Assembly: GCA_030390025.1 (NCBI GenBank)
Contig: CM059438.1
Location: 26,598,001 to 26,662,000 of the forward strand
Direction: 5' to 3'
Length of the DNA stretch: 64,000 nt
Source of the DNA: Squalus acanthias
Lineage: Eukaryota
In this document: positions 12,203 through 26,108 of the stretch, piece after piece
Numbering within the stretch: position 1 is the first letter of the stretch
How the letters are laid out: each line of letters starts with the position of its first letter
Notes under the pieces: generated by a model
Told to the model about the DNA's origin: nothing
The model's input: the letters and a program-made list of their open reading frames with translations, nothing else
Database searches by the model: none
Translations under genes and position numbers: made by a program

Positions 12203-13592
12203 AAAAATAAATACGTAGGGAGCGTGTTTGCTTACAAATCGTGAACTTTAATGTAATGGAACTTCAAAAAGTAATGGATTTCAATTAAGATTACTTTTAT
12301 CAGGGACCACGCAATTTAGATATTATTGTAGATTTTTACAATTGCATTTGAATGGGACAAAGCCAAAAAGAAACAATCAGATGTCCTGGACCAACCATTA
12401 CTGGGTTTTAATTGCTGCATTTTTACTACTAAACTATAAACTGGAAGAGTACCTTAGAAGACAAAGCATGAAAATTAAAAAAATAATAATAATTGTTGGT
12501 GCAAGAGAATCAGTGTGCAGATTAGCGCCTACATTATCCCCAAAACAATAGAGTTTATACATTACAGCTCTTGCTTCAAATATTCCAACTACAAATGCAA
12601 TATTTGCAAAAAAAGGATAAGTATAAATGTCTGTAAAACTCAGAAAAATTACACATTTCCAACTAACCGGTGTCCAGATTTTCTCTTACAGCCAAGTTTC
12701 ATAATCAACTTCAAGAAAAAAACCCACACATAACTTGAAGAAAGTTGAGCTATGCTTGTGGATTTTAATTTCAGATGTTGTCAACTCAAGGGCATTTGGA
12801 CCAATCAATATCTGTCTGTCTGCTGGCACACAGAAAGTTTGCTATTAGGAAAGACCGGCTTACAGCAGACTGAGCCAATACCATTAGCCCTAGCCTAAGG
12901 GCAGTTCTATCCATGAGATGGGGTAGGCACCTGCCCCCCACCCCTCCCCCACCATTAAGCTAGCCACATGGGATGTCATTTGGACATTACGGGCAAAGAG
13001 CAGTTCTTTTTTTTTTCTTCTTTTTTTCACACCCAGACTTTACTAAATCAATAAATCTGTTCTTTGCTTATTTGAGAACTTTGCTTCAATATATAGCAAG
13101 GACTTACCTTCCAGCAACAAACTCCTGCCAGACCAGGTCAGAATTTCTTCTTTCTGGTTTCTTCCCTGCCTCAATTTAAAAATAATTATAACATTTTTTG
13201 ACAGACACTGAATGATGTTTTTCTGCCATGATGGATTTCACATACTAAAATCTTTACAAGAAATTATACTTGAGGAAATGAGGTTTTACTGCTGCAACAT
13301 AATAGTTTTGTAATACAACGATTTCATTTAACAGTCCCGTGATTTTTCTCATAAGTGAAATTAGTTACATTTTCACACAGCCACATCAAGTAGATTTTGG
13401 AAAGGAGTGACTTTAATTGATGCAGCTGTAATTATATAGTTTCTGCTAAATGAGCTGTGACATTCTACCTTTACAGAGGGAGACTTTCAAAAAGGTAAGT
13501 TCAAAAATTCAGATTTAGCAGAAATAAGACTGCAATAATGGAAATAGATTCTGAAGCTGGAATATATGTAATGGTTATAGTGAGAACACAAA

Positions 13593-14231
13593 GGCCCCGA
13601 TATTCCTGGCGGTCTGCTCCATCAGCCAACCCCTACCCACTCTAACACCAGGCAGGAGACCCCATCCTGAATCCCGGTGGCGAGGTCATTTGCATAGATG
13701 GAGCATGCCACCAGTGCCGGCAAGGGCTTATCAGCCACACCAGCCCCGGCCTGACCTGATGCGCCCTTGTAAGGCAGAGAGGCGCCTTATTGCTTTGCCA
13801 GAGGTTCTTCCCATCACACCACACCCCCAGCCCCCACCCCCACCGTAGCCCAACTGAGCCAGAAAAGATAAAAATATTTAGTCTTCCGCTCTCACTGGAG
13901 GATTCTGCTGCTAGAGAAAGTAATCGAGGCCTTCCTTCAGAAGGCCTCAAAGGGACTCACACCAGGCCTCCACTGCCGTGAGTTCCACTGAGGCCTTTCA
14001 AGGGCCAACAGGGAGAAATTTTCTGGCAAAGCCTGGAAACTCCCTCTGACACATTCTCTTTGACGTGGGAAAGGGGATCTGGAGGATAATCCAGCCACAG
14101 ACCCCCCGAACCGGAGGTTAAAATTTCGGTCTACAGCGGCTGAAATTCAAGTGGAACTTCCAGCTCACATTCTGGACCCACCCAGGGCATAAATTGGCTT
14201 ATGCCCTCTTTACCACCAAGAATTCAGGGCC
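13593..14231. mobile_element. Harbinger-like MITE
   Basis: Left end ggccccgatattcctggcgg versus reverse complement of right end ggccctgaattcttggtgg. TSD AAA on both sides. Confidence 0.75.
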
Positions 14232-17200
14232 AAAGAACTTATCAATACCGTTTGCTCTGGAATGAGATTTAAATTTTCCCTAAATCCCACATAAATTTTA
14301 AATAGTTTCAGTGAAGCAAGTATGTGGTATTTAAGAAGCAGAATAGCATAGGGCACCTCTACATTACATAAAACATGCTACATGAGTTTCTAATCTCAGC
14401 CAGATCGTTCAAAGGCGGCGTTGAGGAACTTTCCCCTCAGATTTAGTAAAAATTGAAGGCCGAAATAACCTGCGCTGATCTTACCCATCTGCTGATGGCT
14501 GGTTACGGAGCGACATTGACAGAGGCCTTTATAAAGAGTTACCTGCCTACAGCCTCACCCCAACAGCACTGTGCAGATAATTAGGGACTTGAAATTTATT
14601 TAAATTGTATTTTAAAAATAACCAACTGCACAATTCAAATAAAATAAAGGTAAACGATCCTGAATGATTTGTTAGATATATACAACATAAGGATTTCTGA
14701 TACAAGCATGCCAAGTTAAGCTGATTTAAGTGCCTGTATTTCACATCTTTAAGATTCATCCAAGAACAAGGTCATCAAGTTCTTCTAAATTTGATGTCTC
14801 GGAACTGTAAACGGTTTTCTAAAAAATGGAATGAATTGTGTAGGTAGACATAAAAACACACGATAGCAAAGTAACCATGGAGATAACTAAATAGGTAGAA
14901 ATTCACAGCAGTAATTTAGAAAGCGTACCATTATTTGAACCTCATGATTTATAGTTGTTTATAACTGACTTACTGTAAGAATTAGAGTTGCTCATTCATA
15001 GCCACGAATGCTACTTTTAGATACATATTGTCATGTAGTGCTATTGAAAACCAGTAACTCGAGCACAGCTTGCAATTGCTAAACATTGGTCCCATGTGCA
15101 TGCCTGGGACTGTGCCTGCAAGTTCCACTGCGCATGCCACAGCCCTCCTCACATTATGAGAAATGAAAATACATCGCCATTTTCTGTGTTTCCAAATAGA
15201 GGAGCTGTAACTGCAGAGCAACCTGAATACAGAGCTGAGTATTGTAACCTTGACAAAAATATTTTCGAAAAGATGGTGTGAAGGAAGATTTGACTAGTTC
15301 ATCATTAAAAATGAACTATTCTCATGATACACGAGATAATTACAGTTCAGGGCATTGCATGCCACTAAGAAAAATCCGTAGGAACTGATGTGGTGCAATG
15401 TATTCCTCATTGAACTGCAACAGTAATGTTAAAGAACCTGAAACAAATCTGAAGTGCGAATCAAAGTGGTTGATTTTTGCCAATGTTTGATAAAAAAAAA
15501 TTAAAATTGAAAGATTGTGGTCATGATCAATTAGAAAAGCAAGATATGACATCAATTACAGTCTTGGAATTTCTGTAAAAAAGCAATGATTGCATTAGCT
15601 GTATAATATGAAGGATAACTGACAGATGTGGAAGATTGAAAATAGAATGCGTAGAGACAGCTGAAGTCCAATTTTTGCATGAAGCTCAAACTTTATGAAA
15701 TGAATATACAGCTAAAATTACATAACTAGAAATACAAAACAAATACTGTACCATGCATAATTTCCTAAAATTTGCGAATCAATTTTTAGTTATTTAACCA
15801 CAGTACAGAATCCCAAATGCACCCTTTAATAAAGATCAATATTTCAGTATGCAACTGTCAGAATCTATCTTGGCATTTTAATGTAACGTGTCAGATGTAC
15901 ACGAATAATATTTAGGATTGCTTAGTTTCAGATGGAAGTTGAATTTCTGATGTGGCCAGGTGATGGTAGCAGGTACCTTTTATGGCTTAGCTTTATTGTA
16001 ATAGCGTCACTTTTTTTGCAATGATAGAACTGACTACACCATATTTTTTGTTTAGATATTTATACAAGTACAGACCGAGATAAATCTTAGACACTGTGCC
16101 AGTATTTCATGTGTTTGTGGTATTGATCTGCTTTAATAAGCACCAGTGGATTTTTCTTTTTGCTAATGGTGGTGTGACTGGTTTTAAGGGCAAAAGTAAT
16201 AGAAAATAACCCCAGGAGGTTCGAGAGTGACCGGATTGCCCTGAGCCCTCAAGGCAATGATGCGCACTTGAGACCACCCTTTAAATTAAGCGAAACTTTT
16301 CTGCCTTCAATGTCTAAAGATATAACATTTGTATTAATACACCTTTACAGAAAGAAAACCACACCATTTAATCTTCATTTTAGGCTGCGTAACCTTTTTT
16401 TCATAGTTTAAAACTGAATGGTCAGTTTAATATACAAATTAAACATCACGATAATCTTGTAATTGTTTTTGCAGTGAAACCGTATCAGAATGTATTGTTG
16501 GTTTCCAGAAAAAGCGCTTTATATTTTATGAGGTGGCCTAAAGCTCTTAAAGGAATGCCGCAAACGTTGGTTTTATTGATTTGAAATATGCACTTCTCAT
16601 GTTATAATTGCATCTCTCTTTTTGTATGTTGTTATACTCAGTTTTAAAGTTGCAATGCCCCTCTTTCATCAGCCTGAAATACAATCATTGTTCATTTTAG
16701 ACAAACTTCATACATTCAAATCATCCACATACCAATCTTTTTGCGCAGGGCTGGTTTAGAAGCTTGGCCATTGGTAAAAGGATTGCTGCAACAAAATGGA
16801 AACTTTTCAAAGAAAAATAGTCAAAATGAAGGCATCTCAGATATCTCAGATTCAGTGTTTGAAATCTGCCTACCATTAATCCGTGTTTGCTAATTTCTGA
16901 TGTAGGAGTGGAAACACTAGAAAAGAAAACATTATAATGAACTGAATTCTCAGGAAAAAAATGATTAGAATGCCTATAGAATGGCACAATTTAATTCTGT
17001 GTCCAGTTCAACAGAGACTCATGGAAAAGTGGCAAAGTGGGACAGTAAAGCCTGCAGCAGTGACTGGTCAATCACCTAATGACTGTGATAGTGTGCATTA
17101 CCAGTCCAGCTCTTTGTCGAACCCAAGAGCTGTAACTAATCCTGAAGTGCAGTAATCATTTAACTCTTTGAGGACTGGAGTTATACTTCTATACCCAGAT

Positions 17201-18427
17201 GAAAAGCATCACAAAGCGTCAATTTTTCCCAGCTTATTGCACGAGCACAGCCAATTAGGAAATCCTGTTTCTTTTTGGTAAGTTTCTTTCATTTGCTTTA
17301 TAACATTTGTAGAAAATGACTTTCTGCAGTTGTTATGTGAAGAAAAAGATTTGTGTGTTTACAAAGCTGAATAGAGTCTAGCGATTACTAATAGCAATTA
17401 TCAGCTGAATACTTCATTCCTTTGCCTGCTGTTTAAACACAGTATTAACGCAATTATTTTAAATGTGCTAATACCTCTGCTAAAATACCCGACAGAGGGA
17501 TGTTGCATGAGTGGGTTAAGCATTCATCGACTACTATGAATGACAGTAATTTCTAGGCAAAGGCCTTTTTGTACTAAAAGAGCCAAGTTAAATAACCTGT
17601 AAACATCAACTTTCCTTTGAGGAAAATGGAGTTGACCTCATGAGATATTCACCTCAGTGTGTTTTGCCAAATTATACAACACTTGTTTTCCTTCTGCTGC
17701 TGGATTACGCCTCTACTGAGCCACCCACTGAACATTTTCTTTGCAAACTACTAATCCAAGAATGGTTTAACCTTGCATACACACCTGCTCGCTATTGATG
17801 CTCAGTTTATTTTAACATATTTATGCTACAATTTGCGTAAAATAGAGTTTAAATTAGTTGTAACATGATGTTTCCCATGATGCCAGCTTGTACGCCGCTT
17901 TGCACCCCCTCACTAGATCTCAACAGCAACAACAACTTGCTTTTATATAGTGCCTTCAACATAGAAAAATCACCCCAAGGTGCTTCACAGAGGTGTAAGG
18001 TAAAAATGGATGGCGAGCCACTGATGGAGATATTAGGAGGGGGGGTGTCAAAAGCTTGGTCAAAGGGATGGGTTTTCAGGAGGGTCCTAAAGGAGAGAGG
18101 GAGGTGGAAAGGCAGAGGGGTTTAGGCAGGGAATTCTAGAGCGTGGGGCCTAGACAACTGAAGATCATGTTTTTGATAGTGGGGCAATGGGAGGGGGGAT
18201 GCACAAGAGACTGGTGTCAGACAGTTCCAGTGGGGGGGGGGGGGGGGGGGGGGTTGTAATGCAAGAGAAGATTGCAGTGATGGGGAGGAGCAAGGACAAG
18301 GAGGGATTTAAACACAAGGATGAGAATTTTAAACTTGACGTGTTAGAGGACTGGGAGTCAATGTAGGTTAGCAAGGACAGATATGATGAGCGAGCAGGAT
18401 TTGGTGTAGGATAGGATATAGGTAGCC

Positions 18428-19186
18428 ATATAAGAACATAAGAACATAAGAAATAGGAGCAGGAGTAGGCCAATTGGCCCCTCGAGCCTGCTCCGCCATT
18501 CAATAAGATCATGGCTGATCTGATCCTAACCGCCAATCTACTATCACAGAACCATCTCCTGAACCTAACAGAATTGGACACACGAAATAGGAGCAGGATC
18601 AGGCTACACGGCCCCTGGGCCCGCTCCACTACCCACAGGGCCATGACCGATCCGAACCTAGACTCATGTCCAAATTCCTGCCCGCTCCCAGTAACCCTTA
18701 ATTCCCTTTACTTCTAGGAAACTGTCTATTTCTGTTTTAAATTTAATTAATGTTGTAGCTTCTACAGCTTTTTGTGGCAGCATATTCCATGGACCTACCA
18801 CCCTCTGAGTGAAGTAGTTCCTCCTCATCTCAGTTTTGAAAGGGCAGCCCCTTATTCTAAGACTATGCCCCCTAGTTCTAGTTTCACCCGTCATCAGGAA
18901 CATCCTCCCCGCATCCACCCGATCCAACCCCTTCACAATCTTATATGTTTCAATAAGATCGCCTCTCATTCTTCTGAACTCCAATGAGTAGAGTCCCAAT
19001 CTACCCAACCTCTCCTCATATGTCCATCCCCTCATCCCTGGGATTAACTGAGTGAACCTTCTTTGTACTGACTCGAGAGCAAGTATGTCTTTTCTTAAGT
19101 ATGGACACCAAAACTGTATGCAGTATTCCAGGTGCGGTCTCACCAATACCTTGTACAACTGAAGCAATACCTCCCTATTTTTATAT
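18428..19186 (-). mobile_element. 5'-truncated CR1 LINE (ORF2 C-terminus plus 3' UTR)
   Basis: ORF 18664-19191 LYKVLVRPHLEYCIQFWCPY...LEFRRMRGDLIETYKI...FTQRVVGPWN is a typical CR1 ORF2 C-terminus. Octamer tail (ataagaac)n at 18430-18452. Confidence 0.95.
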
Positions 19187-19332
19187 AGCATTTTGAATGA
19201 GCTAAAGTCGATGGAGGGTGGAGGATGCTGGCCAGAAGAGCAATGGAATACTGGAGACTGGCAGTGACAGAGGCATGGATGAGGGTTTCGGTGGCAGGTG
19301 GGCTGAGGTAGTCGAGGAGGTGAGCGATATTG

Positions 19333-19369
19333 GACCAGTTGGGTCGAATGGCCTGTTTCTGTGCTGTAT
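19333..19369 (+). mobile_element. Tiny CR1/HE1-type 3' tail insertion inside L2
   Basis: gggtcgaatggcctgtttctgtgctgta matches CR1 tails. Flanked by direct repeat TATTG (19328-19332 and 19370-19374). L2 sequence resumes on both sides. Confidence 0.65.
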
Positions 19370-19975
19370 TATTGCGGAGGTAGAAGTAGGTGATGGAGAG
19401 GAAACGGGGTCGAAATAGAACACAGATGTTGCGAACAGCCTGGGTCAGCCTGAGATAGTGACTGGGGAGGGGAGGAGGATAGGGATGGAGTGGGTGGAAA
19501 GGGTGCTGATTTTGTGGCGGAGTTGAAGCTGATGGATTTGGTCTTCCCAATGTTTAACTGGAAACTGTGGCTCATCCAAAACGGGATATCAGACAAACAG
19601 TCTGACTGCACAGAGGCAGTGGAGGGGTCGGGGGAGGTGGTGGAGAGGTAGAGCTGGGTGTTCTCCACGTATACATGGAAACTGACCCCATGTTTGTGGA
19701 TGATGTCACCAAGGGGCAGCATGTTGATAAGGAAGAGGACGGGGCCAAGGATAGATCCTTGTGGGATTCCCGAGGTGACGATGTGGGATTGGGAAGAGAA
19801 GCCATTGGTGGAGGTACTCTGACTATGATCAGAAAGGCAAGAGTGGAACTAAATCTCACTAATAAATCCACCAGAAATGGTAAAATACAACACTAAAAAA
19901 AATTAAACACTTTAGAAAAGTTTTTTTAAACGGCAAGCATGTTGTCTGAATATAAAGCACATTGGGAGAGGATAA

Positions 19976-20080
19976 TTTATGCAAAATAATCCACCTGGTC
20001 TCCACCACAATAACTCATTTGCACTTGCAGTGCTGGCGAGTTATGCTATCAGCACCACTTAGTCCTTTATTTTGCATAAA
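19976..20080. repeat. 105-bp fold-back with perfect 14-bp terminal arms
   Basis: tttatgcaaaataa (19976-19989) and ttattttgcataaa (20067-20080), plus inner ataactc/gagttat pairing. Confidence 0.75.
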
Positions 20081-20806
20081 ATGCTGGTCCCAAAGTGTAT
20101 CCTCTATTTATAAATTAAACAGAACTAAGGGATGATATGACCTAGAATTGAACCCCCACCCCAACCCTCAGTCCACCCCTCCAGGCAATAACAAGAAATC
20201 AAGGACAGCAGAAAATGATATCGAGCAAAATATCCAGAGCTGTTTTTGATCCAGAGTTCTTTTGTGATACATTGGGTTATCAGATTGTCGTCCTTTGCTG
20301 AATTAACTTAGTAATTAGAATGCAATTGCGTCACCCAAAAAAACTACAGGTCTAATATCGTGAATGTAAAATGTTTCTGACCATCAAGCTACCCGAGAGT
20401 TGGGACCTGGGAGTTTTCCCTTGATTATGTCTGTTCGAATCAGAAGCAAAACAGAACAAAGCTTACAAAACTGGTTGCTTCTGTGGGGAAAATAATGTAA
20501 AAATGCATTTAATTTGTCAATTAGTATCAGTCTAATTCTGAATTAAAGACCAATTGGAAAAGGTGGTGTTGTTAAATTAGGGAGTTTTGTGGCAATTTCA
20601 TATCATGGAACAAGCAGTCTGTTCCGAATACTGTTGCAAAGCTGTTCACACTGCAGCCGGCAGGATATTTACTGCCGCACAAACATTTATAATATCTAAT
20701 ACACATGATTAGCCTGATTAAGATCATAATGATGTGATCACATCACTGATAAGGTCATCTAGTAAAGGTCTCAAAATCATTTTACGATAAAAACACAAAT
20801 TAATTG

Positions 20807-21665
20807 ATGCTTTACAGAGGCATAAGGAAAAAACATGAGTGCTGAGCTGATGAATGATATTCAGAGAGGCAACGAAAAGCTTATTGTAAGAGGTGAGTTT
20901 TAAGGAGGGTCTTAAAGGAGGAGAGGAAGGTGAAGAGGTGGAGGGGTTTAGGGAGGAAATTTCAGAGCATGCGGCCTAGGTGATTGAAAGCACGCCAACC
21001 AAAGGTGGGGAGAAAGGAGGGATGGATACACAAGAGGATGGAGTCAGATAAATGGAAAGTTTGGGGGCGAGGAGGTTATAACACTGGGGGAGGTTACAAA
21101 AATAGGGGGGATTGGGAGCCATTGTAGATCAGCTAGGACATTGGTGATGGGCAAGCTGGACTTGGTGCATAGAAGGGATATAGGCAGCAGAGTTTTAGAT
21201 GATTGAAGTTTATGGAGGGTGGTTGATGGGATGCCGGCCAAGAAAGCATTCGAATTGTCAACTCTGAGGTGACAAAGGCATGGATGAAGATTTCAGCGGC
21301 AGATGGGCTGAGGTAGGCGCGGAGGTGGCAGATGTTACAGAGGTAGAAATAGGCAGCCTTTGTGATGGAGAGGGTTGGAAGCTCAGCTGTGGGAAGAATA
21401 GGACACTGAGGTTGTGCACAGTATGGCTGCGCCTGACACAGTGACTGGGGAGGGGAGTGGGGTTGGTGGTGAGAGTATGGAGTTTGTGGTGGGGGCTAGA
21501 GACCATGGCTTCAGTTTTCCAATGGTTAGCCTGAGGAAATTGTAGTTCATCCAAGACTACATGTTGGAGAAGCGATCTGACAACATAGTCAGTAGAGAGG
21601 TCGAGAGGTGTTGTGGAAGGGTAAAGCTGGGTACCATGAATGTACGTATGGAAGCTGACCCTATA
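20807..21665 (-). mobile_element. Older, more decayed L2 LINE fragment
   Basis: Colinear with 17921-19850 and with the reverse complement of the 25.1-26.1 kb L2. Many indels. Confidence 0.85.
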
Positions 21666-22929
21666 TCTGCAGATATTTATGTGAATAGAACTATTTACAA
21701 GCTGAGCTTGCAGCTCTTACCTCTGGATAACCAAGTTCAGATTAAGCCCAGTGTCCCTGTAACTTTTTTTTAATTCTTCTTGTTGTTGAATGTTGTTAAA
21801 GCCTCCATATTATTGTGCAGGGATTTTGGGAAGGTATATGATCATGACAATGGCTTGGAGCACCCTAAGTTGTTACTATAACAATTGTATCCATGTGGTA
21901 GAATCAAATATAGCAATAGAAATGCAATGCAAAGCTGTTGTGATCTTTACAATGCAAACAGCTTCAGAGACCTTAAAAGTGCAATCTCCACATTAAGCAA
22001 TAATATGTGAGAAGGGTGCATTTACTGTGGTTACCAATGGGTACAAGAAGAGATGGAGCATGCCCTGGTATATTGAAGTCTAGAGAGACCAGAATATGAG
22101 TAGGAGCGTGCTCTTCTGGCCACAGCCCTTCCAACAATCATCTAGGATGGAGTGACAACATTTGTGGTACAATTGTGGAATATGGTGTGTACAATATTTG
22201 ATCCTCATTATTTTGTTGAAGATGTTTGTGCTGTTTCCAATCCTTTCATCATTCTCCTCTGTTATAGTATGACTTTGGTTTCATAGCCCTGGCCTCTTTC
22301 AGGTATTCGGTGTTGTCTTTTGTTATGGAAGTAGACATAATGCAAAGAGTGGAGAGGTGTCTGCAAAAGTCCATCAGCTGGGTGGAGAAAGAAGTCTAGG
22401 CCCCATGCTAAGAAACTTTAATGCATCAATGTAATCCTCCCACAAGCACTGTGTAATCAAAATATGCAATAGCTTCATAAAATATACATATGAACGTAAA
22501 CACTTGAAACTACAAGTAAAACAAAATAAATAAGATTTAAAAATATATAGAGAAACAATTACATTTGAGTTTATAATTGCCATTAGATTGTGAGCATGTG
22601 AACTTTTGCATATAAAAATGCCAATAGTATTTTGGAACGCATTGACAATAGCTGTCTATGATTCTTTTAATTGTGCAGCAGTAACAGTACAGTGAGAGGA
22701 GCCCTAAGTTAGTAAAACTGGGAGTTGAGGGGGAGAGTGGCAGGAGAGAACAGGTAGAACAGTTCTCAGTCACTCAAACTGTTTTTGCTCCTTATTCCTA
22801 AATGTAATGAAATGAAAGGAACACTCTTGAAACTCTCCAACAGATATTTATTGCAAAGATGGTGCTCAACTTATACTACTGCCACCATCTTTAATCATTA
22901 GAATCAGCTCCTCTGGTTATAAACATGTG

Positions 22930-23100
22930 GGAGTGGGTTTTCAGCTTGCCGCCTGGATGTAAAACTGGCCTTGTGGATTGACTGCCCGTTATAGAAACCG
23001 CCCGAGTTTACTTTCCATTGAAATTCCATCGGTTTCTTTAAGGGACGTTCGATCAGCGACGCTAGTTTTGCACATGGGCGGCAAGTTGAAAATTGACCCC
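22930..23100. mobile_element. Short palindromic MITE
   Basis: ggagtgggttttcagcttgccgcc versus gggcggcaagttgaaaattgacccc. Flanks GTG/TTG. Confidence 0.75.
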
Positions 23101-25000
23101 TTGGCCTTTAAGACCCGTGCTGGAACTGAATTATTAACATCAGGCCACAGCACTGAAATATCTGTGAAGAGCCAATAAAAGCTTCTCAATCCCACCAAAA
23201 AACGGCACTTCAATAAGTCTGTGTGAGTCGGGTTCACAAATAATGGCGATTGTGTTCTGAGGGAGATGGGAAGAGTTATGGAAAAGGTAATTTGAAGCTG
23301 CATTGTGGAATGGAAATTGGGACAGTACATTGTGCTTACAACAAGTGCACCTTCTAATGGCTTAGCACAGAGTAACAGCTGCATCAAAGATGTATGCCTG
23401 CCCCCTGCCCCCACTAAAGGAGGCTTCATTGAGAGGAGAGATTGGAGGCTGAATTCAGAGAAATAATGTGATTTTTTTTTAAAGGCAAAAGCTGCATTTT
23501 GATACCATTTCCGGGCGCTGTCTGTCCAGGTTTACTACTGGGGTACCCAGTACCTTACTTAGGAACAATGAGCTAAAGTTACAAGGAGCTTTGGGGAAAG
23601 ACTTGTCCTCCAGAATGAAGCCAAACACTATCCTAATGAAAAGTCAAAATATTAATGCTACAGCAAGGAATTACAAACGTGTGAACATTCAGATTCCTCT
23701 TTGTCTTGAGCTCCTTAATACATGTTAATAAATCCCATGGAGAGACACAGACACAAACAAAAACACCCAACTCTCCCATTCACACTTTCATTCTCCACTT
23801 TATTGAGATTCCACAATATATTAAATAGAAACAGCTGGAGAGAAAATGTGATCTAATAAATTAATATGTTAGCGTTGGTGAACACAAAATAGGAACAATA
23901 GAGTCACTATTACACTCCATAAACTGTCTCTCCTAATCAGACTGGATTAGAGTTACAGAGGATTCAAACTATCCAATTTTATGAATGTCTTCAAGCAAAT
24001 TGCTATACAGAAATCAGCTGTCTAGTTTAAGTGTCATGTGAATAGCATCATTGATTGCATCTCAGTGATTAGGTTTAGAGCACAAGTGTTGGTATAATTT
24101 GGTACTTAGCTATCAGACTGCACTGAATTTTCTAAGTGACTGTATTATAACAGTAAAAGATGAGTCCGATTTAAAAAGCACATCTGTTTCAAATATATCA
24201 CTAGTATTGTTACTAAACAAACATTTAGGAATCCAAACTTTTTACATGGGTAATTGTACAGTCCTGTACTGCAACAGGTGATTCTTAATGCATTTTTGAC
24301 ATCCTATTAGTAAAATTATCACTGTGTTATCAGTCCCTCTTGACATGTGGTGTGATATAGCTGGGATCATAACTGATGCTACAACTCTGTCACGTGGATT
24401 CTACCAGTAAGCAGATATAGAGTGGTTTCATTACATCATGAGATTCTGGGATGTTATGGAAGCTCAACTATTTGACCAAAGCTGACAGAAATACTCTACA
24501 CTGGAGCATCTACTTCGGTGGATTTTGCTGGAAGTTTTGTAGCTGAATGGAAATGAGATTCCAATGATGTTTGCATTGAACTTACTGTACTGAGGGTGTA
24601 AATTTGGAGTAAAAATCATAGCGTGACAAGGGCATTAGGTTTAATATTATAGGTAATGGATGGAAGGTGCTCACTTAGACATCGGGAAAACCAATCAATA
24701 ACAAAGACATGCTGTTTAGTTTTAGTGTAATTTTTGCTTAGTGTTTCTAACAATAGGCATCAGCAGTGATGGTAGAAACTTGTATAATTTCCTGTGCAGA
24801 GTTTATATGGCATTTTTGTGACAGTGAACCCATTTCCAACTGATACGTACTCCCTAAACATTTTCTGTTTTAATAAGTGCAAACTTGCAATAACATAGTG
24901 AATTGCTAGTTTTATTAAATTTTTAAGAGGTGTCAAATTGAGTCACAGGAGGATAATCTGTTCTTGGTGTGTGTTACAATCTGAATGATCATTGCTGTAC

Positions 25001-26108
25001 ACCTGCAATGGCTTCTCTTCCCGCTCCCGCATCGTTACCTCTGGTGTTCCCCAAGGATCTATCCTTGACCCCCTCCTATTTCTCATCTACATGTTGCCCC
25101 TTGGCAACACCATCTGAAAACACAGCGTCAGTTTCCACATGTACGCTGACGACACCCAGCTCTACCTCACTACCACTTCTGTCGACCCCTCCACAGTCTC
25201 TAAATTGTCAGACTGCTTGTCCGACATACAGTTCTAGATGAGCAGAAATTTTCTCCAATTAAATATTGGGAAGACCGAAGCCATTGTTTTCGGTCCCCGC
25301 CACAAACTCCATTCCCTAGCTACTGACTCCATCCCTCTCCCTAACATTTGTCTGAGGCTGAACCACACTGTTCGCAACCTTGGTGTCATATTTGACCTTG
25401 AAATGAGCTACCGATCACATATCCGCAGCATAACAAAGACCGCCTATTTCCACCTCCGTAGCATCACCCGTCTCCGCCCTTGCCTCAGCTCATCTGCTGC
25501 TGAAACCCTCAACCAATCCTTTGTTACCTCTAGACTTGACTATTCCAACACACTCCTGGCTGGCCTCCAACATTCTATCCTACGTAAACTTGAGGCCATC
25601 CAAAACTCGGCTGCCCGTGTCCTAACTCGCACCAAGTCCCAGTTCACCCATCACCCCTGTGCTCGCTGATCTACATTGGCTCCCGGTTAAGCAGTGCCTC
25701 GATTTCAAAATTCTCATTCGTGTTTACAAATTCCTCCATGGCTTCAACCCTCCCAATCTCTGTAATCTCCTTCAGCCCCACAACCCCCCGAGATATCTGT
25801 GCTCCTCTAATTCTGCCCTCTTGAGCATCCCTGATTATAATCGCTCAACTATTGGTGGCCGTGCCTTCTGTTGCCTAGGCCCTAAGCTCTAGAATTCCCT
25901 GCCTAAACCTCTCCGCCTCACTACCTCTCTTTCATCCTTTAAAACGCTCCTTAAAACCTACCTCTTTGACCAAGCCTTTGGTCACCTGCCCTAATTTCTC
26001 CTTATGTGGCTCGGTGTCAAATTTTTTGTTTTATAATACTCCTGTGCAGCGCCTTAAGACGTTTTACTACATTAAAGGCGCTATATAAATACAAGTTGTT
26101 GTTGTTGT
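25001..26108 (+). mobile_element. 5'-truncated L2 LINE, RT and C-terminal ORF2 remnant
   Basis: GVPQGSILDPLLF at 25043, YADD at 25142-25153, LNIGKTEAI, SRLDYSN, LHWLPV. In-frame stops and a frameshift near 25640. Tail (gtt)n. TGTACA occurs at both junctions. Confidence 0.95.

Larger units (their letters stand above)
17921..19850 (-). mobile_element. 5'-truncated L2 LINE interrupted by CR1 insertions
   Basis: (caa)n-cttgcttttatatagtgcc tail at 17921. Minus-strand peptide LPLGDIIHKHGVSFHVYVENTQLYLST is a decayed RT YADD region. Homologous to 25001-26108. Contains a 22-nt G run at 18232-18253. Confidence 0.9.

Noticed and set aside
18664-19191. Longest ORF (175 aa) as a host gene
   Set aside because: It is the C-terminus of a 5'-truncated CR1 ORF2.
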